Origin: a virus
Lineage: Duplodnaviria > Caudoviricetes
DNA: 48,309 nt
IMG/VR virus record: IMGVR_UViG_3300037462_000908
Coordinates: 1-48,309 of that record
Strand: one strand, 5' to 3'
Shown: one piece after another, positions 18,754-26,216 of the stretch
Layout: the number at the start of each line of letters is the position of its first letter
How positions within the stretch are numbered: position 1 is the stretch's first letter
Notes under the pieces: generated by a model
Told to the model about the DNA's origin: nothing
The model's database searches: none
The model's input: the letters and a program-made list of their open reading frames with translations, nothing else
Program-made: the position numbers and the translations under genes

Positions 18754-18784
18754 TTTGTTTTTTACAATATAACTATTATTTTTG
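18754..18784 (+). promoter_or_regulatory. Bacteroidota-type sigma-A promoter upstream of the RNA array
   Basis: TTTG (18754-18757), 19 nt, TATTTTTG (18777-18784) matching TAnnTTTG. Confidence 0.55.
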
Positions 18785-18850
18785 TAATGTAATTAAGCAA
18801 TTGTGGGTTTTACTGAATGCGAGGGTAGGTTTCGCCCTACCCTTTACAAA

Positions 18851-18921
18851 GCGAGAGTAGTTCAATGGTAGAACACCAGTCTTCCACACTGGATATGTGA
18901 GTTCGATTCTCACCTTTTGCT
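18851..18921 (+). tRNA. tRNA-Gly(TCC)
   Basis: Acceptor GCGAGAG/CTTTTGC, D GTTC/GAAC, anticodon arm CCAGT-CTTCCAC-ACTGG, T arm GTGAG-TTCGATT-CTCAC; no encoded CCA. Confidence 0.92.
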
Positions 18922-18943
18922 CAACCTATATACACACAGCGAG

Positions 18944-19163
18944 TCCCGAACTGTTTTTGGGGCAATTTACTTTAGGAAGTCTCTTTAGGCGGAGATAAGG
19001 TCCGTTTGGTTGGTTTGGTGCTTTGCAACTAATATCTGGTAGAAAGTCTTGCAAGCGAATACTAGTAACTTGGTAATAATAAGCACATACACTAAAGTAA
19101 ATCCAAAAATGGGGAGGGTGGGGGTTTCCTAAAAAGAAGCCCTCAGCATCAAAGCCGAAAGGC
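18944..19163 (+). ncRNA. Unidentified ~220-nt multibranched structured RNA
   Basis: CTGTTTTTGG/CCAAAAATGG, ATTTACTTTAG/CTAAAGTAAAT, GTGCTT/AAGCAC, GGGGGTTTC/GAAGCCCTC helices and a GCC-GAAA-GGC hairpin. Confidence 0.6.
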
Positions 19164-19181
19164 AAAACGTTCTTTAAAAAC

Positions 19182-19251
19182 ATAGTTGGTTCGGTAGGGC
19201 AAAAGACCCCTATAATAGTAGAAGCCAATTGGTAAGCCAGTCACCAACTAT
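19182..19251 (+). ncRNA. 70-nt structured RNA element
   Basis: 9-bp closing stem ATAGTTGGT/ACCAACTAT with internal hairpins; ends just before tRNA-CAT. Confidence 0.45.
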
Positions 19252-19252
19252 C

Positions 19253-19324
19253 GGTCTCCTAGCTTAAAGGTAAAGCAGTTCACTCATAATGAAAAGAGTG
19301 TAGGTTCGATTCCTGCGGAGTCCA
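19253..19324 (+). tRNA. tRNA with CAT anticodon (Ile2 or elongator Met)
   Basis: GGTCTCC/GGAGTCC acceptor (one mismatch), GCTT/AAGC, TTCA-CTCATAA-TGAA, GTAGG-TTCGATT-CCTGC. Confidence 0.85.
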
Positions 19325-19352
19325 CTTGGTTTAATTGGGGAATTAAAACCAA

Positions 19353-19399
19353 ATAACGCCGTGAGGCAGTCAAAACTTAGCCCAAACGTGGGCGGTTAT
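19353..19399 (+). ncRNA. Compact four-way-junction RNA element
   Basis: ATAAC/GTTAT closes GCC-GTGA-GGC, AGT-CAAA-ACT and GCCCA-AACG-TGGGC. Confidence 0.45.
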
Positions 19400-19428
19400 G
19401 GTTCAATTAAATTAGTGTTTTTTTAGTT

Positions 19429-19530
19429 GTAGGATGTAACTCAGTGGCTAGAGGGTGCTTATAATGCAAATTAGCAAGTGCATTTATTATGAATTTCATA
19501 ATAGCGTGGGTTCGAGTCCCACCATCCTAC
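19429..19530 (+). ncRNA. tRNA-like RNA A (expanded anticodon/variable region)
   Basis: GTAGGATG/CATCCTAC acceptor, D loop CTCAGTGGCTAGAG, T arm GTGGG-TTCGAGT-CCCAC; ~50 nt between D and T arms with no canonical anticodon loop. Confidence 0.75.
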
Positions 19531-19578
19531 CAAGCGGTTTCCTTGTGAAATGCTTATGTTGCGGTTGTGATTGACCCA

Positions 19579-19651
19579 GTACGATATAGCTCAGCAGGCA
19601 GAGCGAAACTGTATTCGGTTGTGTGCGTAGGTTCGAGTCCTACTATCGTAC
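19579..19651 (+). ncRNA. tRNA-like RNA B (shrunken anticodon loop)
   Basis: GTACGATA/TATCGTAC, GCTC/GAGC, AACTG-TATT-CGGTT, GTAGG-TTCGAGT-CCTAC. Confidence 0.75.
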
Positions 19652-19657
19652 TCAAAT

Positions 19658-19839
19658 AGGGGCTTAGCTCAAATGGATAGAGCGTTTTTCGTTTGAAGGT
19701 AGATTATAATAGCTAGCTAAAAAATCTATTCGGAGACAGGCAAAAGAATGGAAAAGACCATAGTGAATTTGCAAATAACTATACGATTCTTTTCTTCTGC
19801 AAAGAAAAAAGGTTACTGGTTCGAGTCCAGTAGCCCCTA
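19658..19839 (+). ncRNA. tRNA-like RNA C (~110-nt structured insert in place of the anticodon loop)
   Basis: AGGGGCT/AGCCCCT, GCTC-AAATGGATA-GAGC, TTTTTC/GAAAAA enclosing the insert, ACTGG-TTCGAGT-CCAGT. Confidence 0.8.
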
Positions 19840-19849
19840 CTAACTTAGA

Positions 19850-19981
19850 TACAATGTAGCGGAATTGGTAAACGCAAGTAATCGGATGCTTCTATGGGTA
19901 TGGCTCTATATACGTTGTCTTGCAGTAAAGAATTAACTCCCGTAGTCTTTGCTGTTTTGGGTTCGAGTCCCAACATTTTTT
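19850..19981 (+). ncRNA. tRNA-like RNA D (Leu-type D arm, structured insert, imperfect acceptor)
   Basis: GCG-GAATTGGTAAA-CGC, AGTAA/TTGCT and CTATGGG/CCCGTAG stems, TTGGG-TTCGAGT-CCCAA. Confidence 0.7.
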
Positions 19982-19989
19982 CTAAGTTT

Positions 19990-20061
19990 TTTCGGGGGTG
20001 AGGAATGGAGGATGTGTTCCGCCTGTGAAGTTCCGTAGGTCATGTGTACCCTACCCCGAAA
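19990..20061 (+). ncRNA. Three-way-junction RNA element
   Basis: TTTCGGGG/CCCCGAAA closing GGAAT/GTTCC and GCCTGTG/CGTAGGT hairpins. Confidence 0.5.
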
Positions 20062-20079
20062 TTTTTAACTTTTTGTATT

Positions 20080-20379
20080 ATGAAAACAAAAGAGTTGCTT
20101 CGTTTTTTAGTGAGATGGATTTCATTATTAATCCTCACTTCATTCTTCTTCTTTCCCATCATTTGGATAGTAGATTTTCTGTTTGACATTAATTTCAATT
20201 ATGCTTTTGGATGCCTTTTTAATCTATTCTTTTGTATGATTGTGGCATTGATAGCTCCTTTAATTAACTTCTTGAATTATCATTCTGTATCAGTACAGCA
20301 TAATACATTTCATGCTTATCCAGAAATGGAGCTGATTGAGAAGGAGGAAATACATTTTAAAATAGATGCAAGATTATGA
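20080..20379 (+). CDS. Membrane protein (2 TM)
   Basis: Two hydrophobic segments; likely start ATG 20080. Confidence 0.6.
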   Translation: MKTKELLRFLVRWISLLILTSFFFFPIIWIVDFLFDINFNYAFGCLFNLFFCMIVALIAPLINFLNYHSVSVQHNTFHAYPEMELIEKEEIHFKIDARL

Positions 20380-20516
20380 TAGTATTGTTTTTTTTATTGG
20401 GTATTATAATAGCAACCGTTGGAGCTGCTATAACTGTAAGAAGGGTAGATAATGAGATAGGAGTAGATTGGGACCCATTCAATGAGGATAAAGAAAAACC
20501 TAATATTGGATTGTGA
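20376..20516 (+). CDS. Small membrane protein (46 aa, not in ORF track)
   Basis: MIVLFFLLGIIIATVGAAITVRRVDNEIGVDWDPF...; start and stop overlap both neighbours. Confidence 0.55.
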   Translation: MIVLFFLLGIIIATVGAAITVRRVDNEIGVDWDPFNEDKEKPNIGL

Positions 20517-20743
20517 TGGAAGACTACAGCCAATATTATTTCAGTTTCTTCTTATGGTATAGGCATAGCAGGTATCATAGATTGGAGGCTGAATTTTATT
20601 ATTTTTTGGCTTTATGTGGCAATATTCAGAGAGCGGAGGAGATACTATCCCAAGATAAGGGAGTTACAGGACAAAAGAAAATTAAATTGGATACATGGAA
20701 GGCTTGGCTTATAAATCATCCAAGACCTTCATTAATTCGTTAA
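20513..20743 (+). CDS. Hypothetical protein
   Basis: 76-aa ORF coupled to the terminase small subunit gene. Confidence 0.5.
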   Translation: MMEDYSQYYFSFFLWYRHSRYHRLEAEFYYFLALCGNIQRAEEILSQDKGVTGQKKIKLDTWKAWLINHPRPSLIR

Positions 20744-20747
20744 TGCT

Positions 20748-21287
20748 ATGAAGAGAGGGGTAAAAATACCATTGAAAGAAAAGAAAGAGATATTTGATAA
20801 AGTAATATCGAATTATCTGGAAGGCAATACAATAGAGTCTTCTGCTGAATCAGAAGGAATATCTGAGAGGACATTCAATAATTGGGTAAATGAATTTGCA
20901 GAATTTGCGGAAATTTATAAAAAGGCTAAAGAAGATTATAAAGAGAAATTTAAGCAGGAATTAAAAGCCAAAGCTCTTACATCCCTTGAGAAAATGGTTA
21001 CTGGTTGGGATTATTACGAAACCCAAGAAGAGGGTATACCTGGTAAAGATGGTAAGATTAAAACCATTAAAACAGTTCGTAAAAAGAAGCATGTTTTGCC
21101 AGTTCCATCAGCTGTATTCTTTACTCTCACAAACATTGACCCTGAAAACTGGAAGAATATCCAAACGAATGATATTCGTGGCAAACTTGAAATTGATAAT
21201 CTCAATAAAGTAAGTGATGAAGATTTGGATAAACGAATCAAAGAATTAGAATCAAAGGTTGGAGGGGGTAAAAAGAAAAAAGCGTAA
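20748..21287 (+). CDS. Terminase small subunit
   Basis: N-terminal HTH (GISERTFNNW...AEFAE), GWDYYE, KKHVLP...AVFFTLTNIDPENWK, SDEDLDKRI. Confidence 0.75.
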   Translation: MKRGVKIPLKEKKEIFDKVISNYLEGNTIESSAESEGISERTFNNWVNEFAEFAEIYKKAKEDYKEKFKQELKAKALTSLEKMVTGWDYYETQEEGIPGKDGKIKTIKTVRKKKHVLPVPSAVFFTLTNIDPENWKNIQTNDIRGKLEIDNLNKVSDEDLDKRIKELESKVGGGKKKKA

Positions 21288-21542
21288 TTAACTTACGCTT
21301 TCAAGTTCTTCTATGTATGCTTGATGTTCTGATTCTTTCACAAACCTGACTAAAAGCCCTGTATTGATTAAGAATGTATATGTTTTAAGAGGTAATATAG
21401 CCTCTTGTACCTTTTCGTTATTCATGTCGTAAGCTGAGAAATAAATTTTATTTTCTGGCTCTTCAACTTTGGTAACTCTCCAGTGATGGAGAATACTCTT
21501 GTAGGTATAACCTACTTTGGGGAATTTTAGTAGCTCACTCAT
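21288..21542 (-). CDS. Hypothetical protein
   Basis: 84-aa ORF whose stop abuts the terminase small subunit stop. Confidence 0.55.
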   Translation of the reverse strand: MSELLKFPKVGYTYKSILHHWRVTKVEEPENKIYFSAYDMNNEKVQEAILPLKTYTFLINTGLLVRFVKESEHQAYIEELESVS

Positions 21543-21654
21543 AAACTATGTTTTTTGTTTAAAATACGCCGTTTACTCCGTAAAAACAGGGGGTAATGAT
21601 TGTAATTATCCATAAGAATTTCTATATTTGAATTGCTCATAAATTATTTGAATT

Positions 21655-21699
21655 AAACCCGATTGCTACGCCTAAATAGAAACAATCGGGTTGTTTTTT
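21655..21699. terminator. Terminator-like hairpin after terminase large subunit
   Basis: AACCCGATTG...CAATCGGGTT. Confidence 0.55.
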
Positions 21700-23311
21700 A
21701 TCCAAATGGCAGGAATGCTGCCTTCTTCACAAAGTAACCTTTACGAGCCCAATTCCAATACACAAAGCTATCAGCAATGTTGGGGCTTTTGCCCCCAAGG
21801 CGTTGTTTGATAATTTCCTTCTTCTCTACACTAATAGTCTTATCTGTTACTGTATATTTCGGTTCTACTAATTCAGTGATCAATCTTTCGATTAATCTTT
21901 TATCTTCTAATTTGATACTTATTTTTTTGTTTCGGAGGTCTTCTCTTGCCTCCCAATACATTTGGGAACGTAAAGAAGCAAATTGATAAAGAGGTTTTTC
22001 GTCTTTATCCTTTGGGATAGCCAATTCATTTTGCCCTCCTGAAAGTGCTTGAGCAAATATCTTTTTATTATGAAGGGTATTAATTGTACTGGTACCAATG
22101 CCCACGCTATCAACGCCAATGTATTCTCCTTTGATGCCCTTTGTTTTGATGTTTGGAATATCAAAAATATGATAACCTTCATTCATCAGCTCATCGAGGG
22201 GTAAAATGAGATTATAAGCCAAATGAGAGGCATCAGGGCAATTAAATTCTTTGATAAAATTTACCACATTACTTTCTCCATAAGCTACACAAGCCTTGTC
22301 TCCGTTAATAGAGTTTGCCACGTCCACACCTACAGCATTTTTACTATTATCTTTTTCGATATCCAAGTTTATACACTGTTTTATCCATTCTGCTTTAATT
22401 AAGCTATCAATCGATTGAGCAGGGGATATACCACGAACACGAGACTTATAGAAGGCTGATTCTTCTCCATACTCTTCTTTACGGTCCTCAATGCTCCCGA
22501 TAGTAGCAGCTCCTGGTATGAGTTCTTTTTGAAGTACGATATTTGGGTGATCATAAGCACTAATTATAAAATGCTTCGTGTTGGGCTTCTTACAAAAGTT
22601 ATGAAGGGTATCCGTTTGAGCATCTGGGTTACCTACTGCTAAAATCAAATTATGTTCCCCAGTGGATGTATTGATGTAAGCCTCCATAGATGCCAAGTCA
22701 ATACCTGGTGTTTCTTCTGTAATGATAAGCATGTGTTCCCTGTGGAAGCCTTGACGAGATGTATTTGATTTGCTTCCTGATGATGCCCTAGAAGCTACTC
22801 CCACAGCCTGCCAAGCGTTTTGATTTGCCTCATCATCTTCTAAGTTATCAAAGCCTCTTGCATCTACTAAAAGCCTTAATGAATCGAATAATTCGGCATA
22901 GGGACGTATTTTTTTGAACTTATGAAAGGATGATTTCATTTCACTCCAAAGTTGAGTTTTGAGCTGTCCAGCAACTGGTGCAGAAGTAACCACAAAACTA
23001 TTTTCAAAACAATCTAAGAACCAAAATACTACTCTTGCAAGCCAGTGGGTTTTACCTGTTCCTGTAGCAGACTCAATACCTACTTTTTTATTTCCATCTG
23101 CCAATGCCTGCCAAGCATATTTGAAAGGACTTATTGATCCATCCCAAACATGATTCTTATAGTCACCACCCCAAAGCTCCCAATCTACATTTTTTCTTGA
23201 CTCTCCAAATCTTTCTTCAAGCCAATCAACAGGGTTTTTCTGATAATGAAGCATTTGTAAACGTCTTAGCTTCTCTTCTTTCAATAGCCTTAATTCCTTT
23301 TTAATATCCAT
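21698..23311 (-). CDS. Terminase large subunit
   Basis: Walker A SATGTGKT, QGFH..HMLIITEE, VGNP, RVRG, GVDVA..GD, DSVGIG, SPNIADS. Confidence 0.92.
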   Translation of the reverse strand: MDIKKELRLLKEEKLRRLQMLHYQKNPVDWLEERFGESRKNVDWELWGGDYKNHVWDGSISPFKYAWQALADGNKKVGIESATGTGKTHWLARVVFWFLDCFENSFVVTSAPVAGQLKTQLWSEMKSSFHKFKKIRPYAELFDSLRLLVDARGFDNLEDDEANQNAWQAVGVASRASSGSKSNTSRQGFHREHMLIITEETPGIDLASMEAYINTSTGEHNLILAVGNPDAQTDTLHNFCKKPNTKHFIISAYDHPNIVLQKELIPGAATIGSIEDRKEEYGEESAFYKSRVRGISPAQSIDSLIKAEWIKQCINLDIEKDNSKNAVGVDVANSINGDKACVAYGESNVVNFIKEFNCPDASHLAYNLILPLDELMNEGYHIFDIPNIKTKGIKGEYIGVDSVGIGTSTINTLHNKKIFAQALSGGQNELAIPKDKDEKPLYQFASLRSQMYWEAREDLRNKKISIKLEDKRLIERLITELVEPKYTVTDKTISVEKKEIIKQRLGGKSPNIADSFVYWNWARKGYFVKKAAFLPFG

Positions 23312-23340
23312 AAATCAAAGGTTTAATTACAAATTTAGTA

Positions 23341-23421
23341 TTTTATTAAAAAAAATATAATAAAATATTTGTAAATATATAAATTATTTATTTACTTTGT
23401 ATAGACAATTTAATTATTCAC
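23341..23421 (+). promoter_or_regulatory. Repeated ~80-bp promoter element, copy 2
   Basis: Near-identical to 12166-12246; heads a run of small coupled ORFs. Confidence 0.7.
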
Positions 23422-23437
23422 TTTAATATTTATCATT

Positions 23438-23881
23438 ATGAAATCAGATGCTAAGAAATTCAAAACCATTGTAAATGTAGTTTGTGAGGGAGTTCGTGAG
23501 AATATTGATTATAGGGATACTGATTATTTTTCTGCGGAAAACTATCATTCTATTAAAGAAATTGATTGGAACGGCAAAGATGGAATGAAACTATTGAGCC
23601 AACACCCACAAATTCTAATGGAGTCAAATAAGTATTTTGAGTATGGTAAATACGAGATAGAAGTAGAATTAGAACTTGATATAAAAGAAGTAAGACAAGT
23701 TAAAAAGGTGAGAGGAGAAGATGTAACAAGTTGCTACTATTATTACAATGGAGAGTTTATTAATGGGTTTTTGAATGATGATGATATGTGGAACTTGGAA
23801 ATGCTTTTCAGAAATTCAGATACAGAGCAAACACAAGCACAGGCAAAACCACTAAATACATTCTTTGCTTATGCTTCTTAA
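23438..23881 (+). CDS. Hypothetical acidic protein
   Basis: 147 aa; first ORF behind the repeated promoter. Confidence 0.65.
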   Translation: MKSDAKKFKTIVNVVCEGVRENIDYRDTDYFSAENYHSIKEIDWNGKDGMKLLSQHPQILMESNKYFEYGKYEIEVELELDIKEVRQVKKVRGEDVTSCYYYYNGEFINGFLNDDDMWNLEMLFRNSDTEQTQAQAKPLNTFFAYAS

Positions 23882-24164
23882 TGATATAGAAAGAGTAACC
23901 CCCGAAGTATTAGTAGGGGAGTTACTTAGCTTAAAAGCCAATCCAACCCCTCAAAATATAACATTAGCCAAAGTATTACTTGGAGTCCTGCAAGATAGAA
24001 AAGAAAACCTTTTGGATAAAAAGATAAAGCTTCAGGAAAAAATCAGTAATCCTAATCTAAGCAAGTCAATACACAAAAGCTATGTAGATGAATACCTTGA
24101 GGTAAATATGCAACTTAAAACAATCGAGATATATGTTAATCCAAATCAAAATAGAAACGGGTGA
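23865..24164 (+). CDS. Hypothetical protein
   Basis: Overlapping ORF chain. Confidence 0.55.
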   Translation: MLMLLNDIERVTPEVLVGELLSLKANPTPQNITLAKVLLGVLQDRKENLLDKKIKLQEKISNPNLSKSIHKSYVDEYLEVNMQLKTIEIYVNPNQNRNG

Positions 24165-24474
24165 TATTGTAAATGTTCTATTGAACTTAGAAAAAACAAA
24201 TGATAAGGAGCTATTAAGCCCTAGAGAGGCTGAAAATTTCCCTTGCGAGCTTGACTCCAAGAAAACGGCTTTGGGATATGTAAATTATTATGCTGATACA
24301 CTTCAAAAAGTGTTGGTTGATTTTTTGGCAGTATCCGAAGGGAAAAAATTGATAGAGGCAGTCTTATTAACTATGCTTTCTGACCCTGAAAAATATGCAA
24401 AGTATTCAGGACTTATAGAACATCTAAATAAAGTATTACCAAATGAATTAGTATTCACAGAGGAGGGCATTTAA
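24133..24474 (+). CDS. Hypothetical protein
   Basis: Overlapping ORF chain; followed by hairpin GGAGGGC/GCCCTCC. Confidence 0.55.
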   Translation: MLIQIKIETGDIVNVLLNLEKTNDKELLSPREAENFPCELDSKKTALGYVNYYADTLQKVLVDFLAVSEGKKLIEAVLLTMLSDPEKYAKYSGLIEHLNKVLPNELVFTEEGI

Positions 24475-24497
24475 GCCCTCCATAAACAAATATAAAC

Positions 24498-24716
24498 ATG
24501 GACTCAGTTAAAACCAAAATAATTACAGAAGCTCTCGAATCAATAGGACTTACAGATATTACAGTCAGTGAAGAGAATAAAGAAATCACTTTCAAAAATG
24601 AAAAGTTGGTGCTTGCAGACTTACAACTTGTGGGAGAGATTGCTGGTATGTTTAAGCTTCAAGTTTTAGCAACTGCCAAAGAGCAATTTATAGAAGTAAA
24701 AATATCAGGGCTATGA
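24498..24716 (+). CDS. Hypothetical protein
   Basis: 72 aa; ATGA overlap with the next ORF. Confidence 0.6.
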   Translation: MDSVKTKIITEALESIGLTDITVSEENKEITFKNEKLVLADLQLVGEIAGMFKLQVLATAKEQFIEVKISGL

Positions 24717-24928
24717 GTGAAGATGATTACCTACAGCACTTTTTAGAGTTCTGTGGATTTATAAATGAGCCTAATTCGCTGATGCTTGTAGATGGATATT
24801 ATGGTATAAAACTAACAGCTGCTTATCCAGAACCTAATACATACGAAGGGCTTCGATTAGTACACAAACAAATTCTTGACAATGAAACTATTCAACATTA
24901 TGGTAGTCGAAAGCAAATCAATTCATAA
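24713..24928 (+). CDS. Hypothetical protein
   Basis: 71-aa coupled ORF. Confidence 0.55.
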   Translation: MSEDDYLQHFLEFCGFINEPNSLMLVDGYYGIKLTAAYPEPNTYEGLRLVHKQILDNETIQHYGSRKQINS

Positions 24929-25070
24929 AGTAGTATATGAGAGACCAGGTATGAAGCCAGTCACTCAAAAGAATAATAAGTTTTACGTTGGAGGCAAACC
25001 CCTCGAAAAAGTAAAAGACTATTGGAGATTCCTCCCATCAACAGCAGATACAGTTGATTTCTTAAACTGA
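24900..25070 (+). CDS. Hypothetical protein
   Basis: Likely start MVVES at 24900. Confidence 0.45.
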   Translation: MVVESKSIHKVVYERPGMKPVTQKNNKFYVGGKPLEKVKDYWRFLPSTADTVDFLN

Positions 25071-25168
25071 TGGAACTGCTTATCTCAATGCTTATTGCCT
25101 GCGTGGTTTCGTGGGCAATAGGCTTCTCAATCGGATTTATAAAAGGTAAATTTTTTAATCAAAAATAA
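25070..25168 (+). CDS. 32-aa single-TM peptide (not in ORF track)
   Basis: MELLISMLIACVVSWAIGFSIGFIKGKFFNQK; TGATG coupling, fills the gap. Confidence 0.5.
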   Translation: MELLISMLIACVVSWAIGFSIGFIKGKFFNQK

Positions 25169-25169
25169 C

Positions 25170-25664
25170 ATGAATACACTAGAAATAGCTCAAAAATGTG
25201 GCGTTCCTACGCCTCAGACTTCTCAGGAATTGAATTGGCAATCTATGACATTATTTGTTTGGATAGATTGCCAAGACGAAGGGGGTGTTATTTGTGTAAA
25301 TGATTCACAAATAGATAATCTTATAAAGCATGGGATAACTTTTAAGGAAATAGCATTAGCACCACAATTCCATGAGATAGCACCTAAATTGCCCGAAACA
25401 ATATATGATCATTACATCTTGGAATTAGATGAAAGTGAATGGATTGTTGAAAAGCCCAAAGAAATGCATGATGAAGATGTATTAAATGCTTACCACTTGT
25501 GGCAAAATGAACGATTGATAGGGTATTATCATGAAGAAGAAGGAGAGTCTTGTCATTTTAGGCAAAAAATAGAAAATCATCATCATGCTGAGGCATGTGC
25601 AAAACTCTATATCCAACTAAAAAACGAAAACCTACTATGCAAATCACTAGAGAACAAATCATAA
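25170..25664 (+). CDS. Hypothetical phage protein
   Basis: 164 aa; AP...EI...LP and AEACAKLYIQL motifs common in phage early proteins. Confidence 0.65.
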   Translation: MNTLEIAQKCGVPTPQTSQELNWQSMTLFVWIDCQDEGGVICVNDSQIDNLIKHGITFKEIALAPQFHEIAPKLPETIYDHYILELDESEWIVEKPKEMHDEDVLNAYHLWQNERLIGYYHEEEGESCHFRQKIENHHHAEACAKLYIQLKNENLLCKSLENKS

Positions 25665-26122
25665 GTTACGCCCCCTATAAAATAAATCTATTCCATACAG
25701 AATGGAAAGAGGTTGCACCAATGGAAAATATAGACGCTCTCACGTGGGAAAATGATACAAGAATCAATCTTGTTTGGATGCATGAATCAGACCATTGGTG
25801 GATGTTCAAGCCAGTTGTCAGACCTTTAACGGACCTGATAAAAGATATTCAGATAGAAGGCAATAGAATCATTCCTATTACTCATATCATGAGAGAAACA
25901 ATGGATTTAAGGCTTAAAGATTTTTCAATTCTCAATAATCTAATATTAGCAGATGGCTTTCCAGTCCTTGATTTAGTAAACATGAAACTTAGTCTTATCC
26001 AATGGCAGACGCTAATGAAGTGGCATTTCTGGGTGTATGACCAAAGAGTTTTTGAAGGGGATTTCCCCTTAGTCATAGACCTTACAGATTGGGAAAATGA
26101 AGGTAGAAAAGCAGGAAATTAA
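25637..26122 (+). CDS. Hypothetical phage protein
   Basis: YAPY...FKPVVRPLTDLIKDI...LMKWHF motif; likely start 25637. Confidence 0.65.
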   Translation: MQITREQIISYAPYKINLFHTEWKEVAPMENIDALTWENDTRINLVWMHESDHWWMFKPVVRPLTDLIKDIQIEGNRIIPITHIMRETMDLRLKDFSILNNLILADGFPVLDLVNMKLSLIQWQTLMKWHFWVYDQRVFEGDFPLVIDLTDWENEGRKAGN

Positions 26123-26216
26123 TAAAATTATGAGCTACGGAAAATTAGTTAAGAAAATCAGTTCTGGAAGTGGGTTTGTGAGGTTTATTGTGAGATAGAA
26201 GATGCTTGCAATAATA

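Noticed and set aside
18926-19228. 100-aa minus-strand ORF (and 19998-20186 plus-strand ORF)
   Set aside because: Non-ATG starts, atypical composition and overlap with structured RNA elements
19531-19577. HDV-like theta ribozyme downstream of a tRNA
   Set aside because: TCCTTGT resembles the L3 loop, but only a simple hairpin forms and I could not build P2 or the nested pseudoknot
19658-19839. tmRNA
   Set aside because: Has a paired D stem, lacks G3:U70 and shows no tag reading frame
19658-19981. Group I/II introns in tRNAs
   Set aside because: Inserts of ~65-110 nt are too short and show no recognisable catalytic core or canonical U/G splice boundaries
18851-19981. Stop-codon reassignment with suppressor tRNA
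   Set aside because: No CTA/TCA/TTA anticodon in a proper loop, and genes are full length in the standard code
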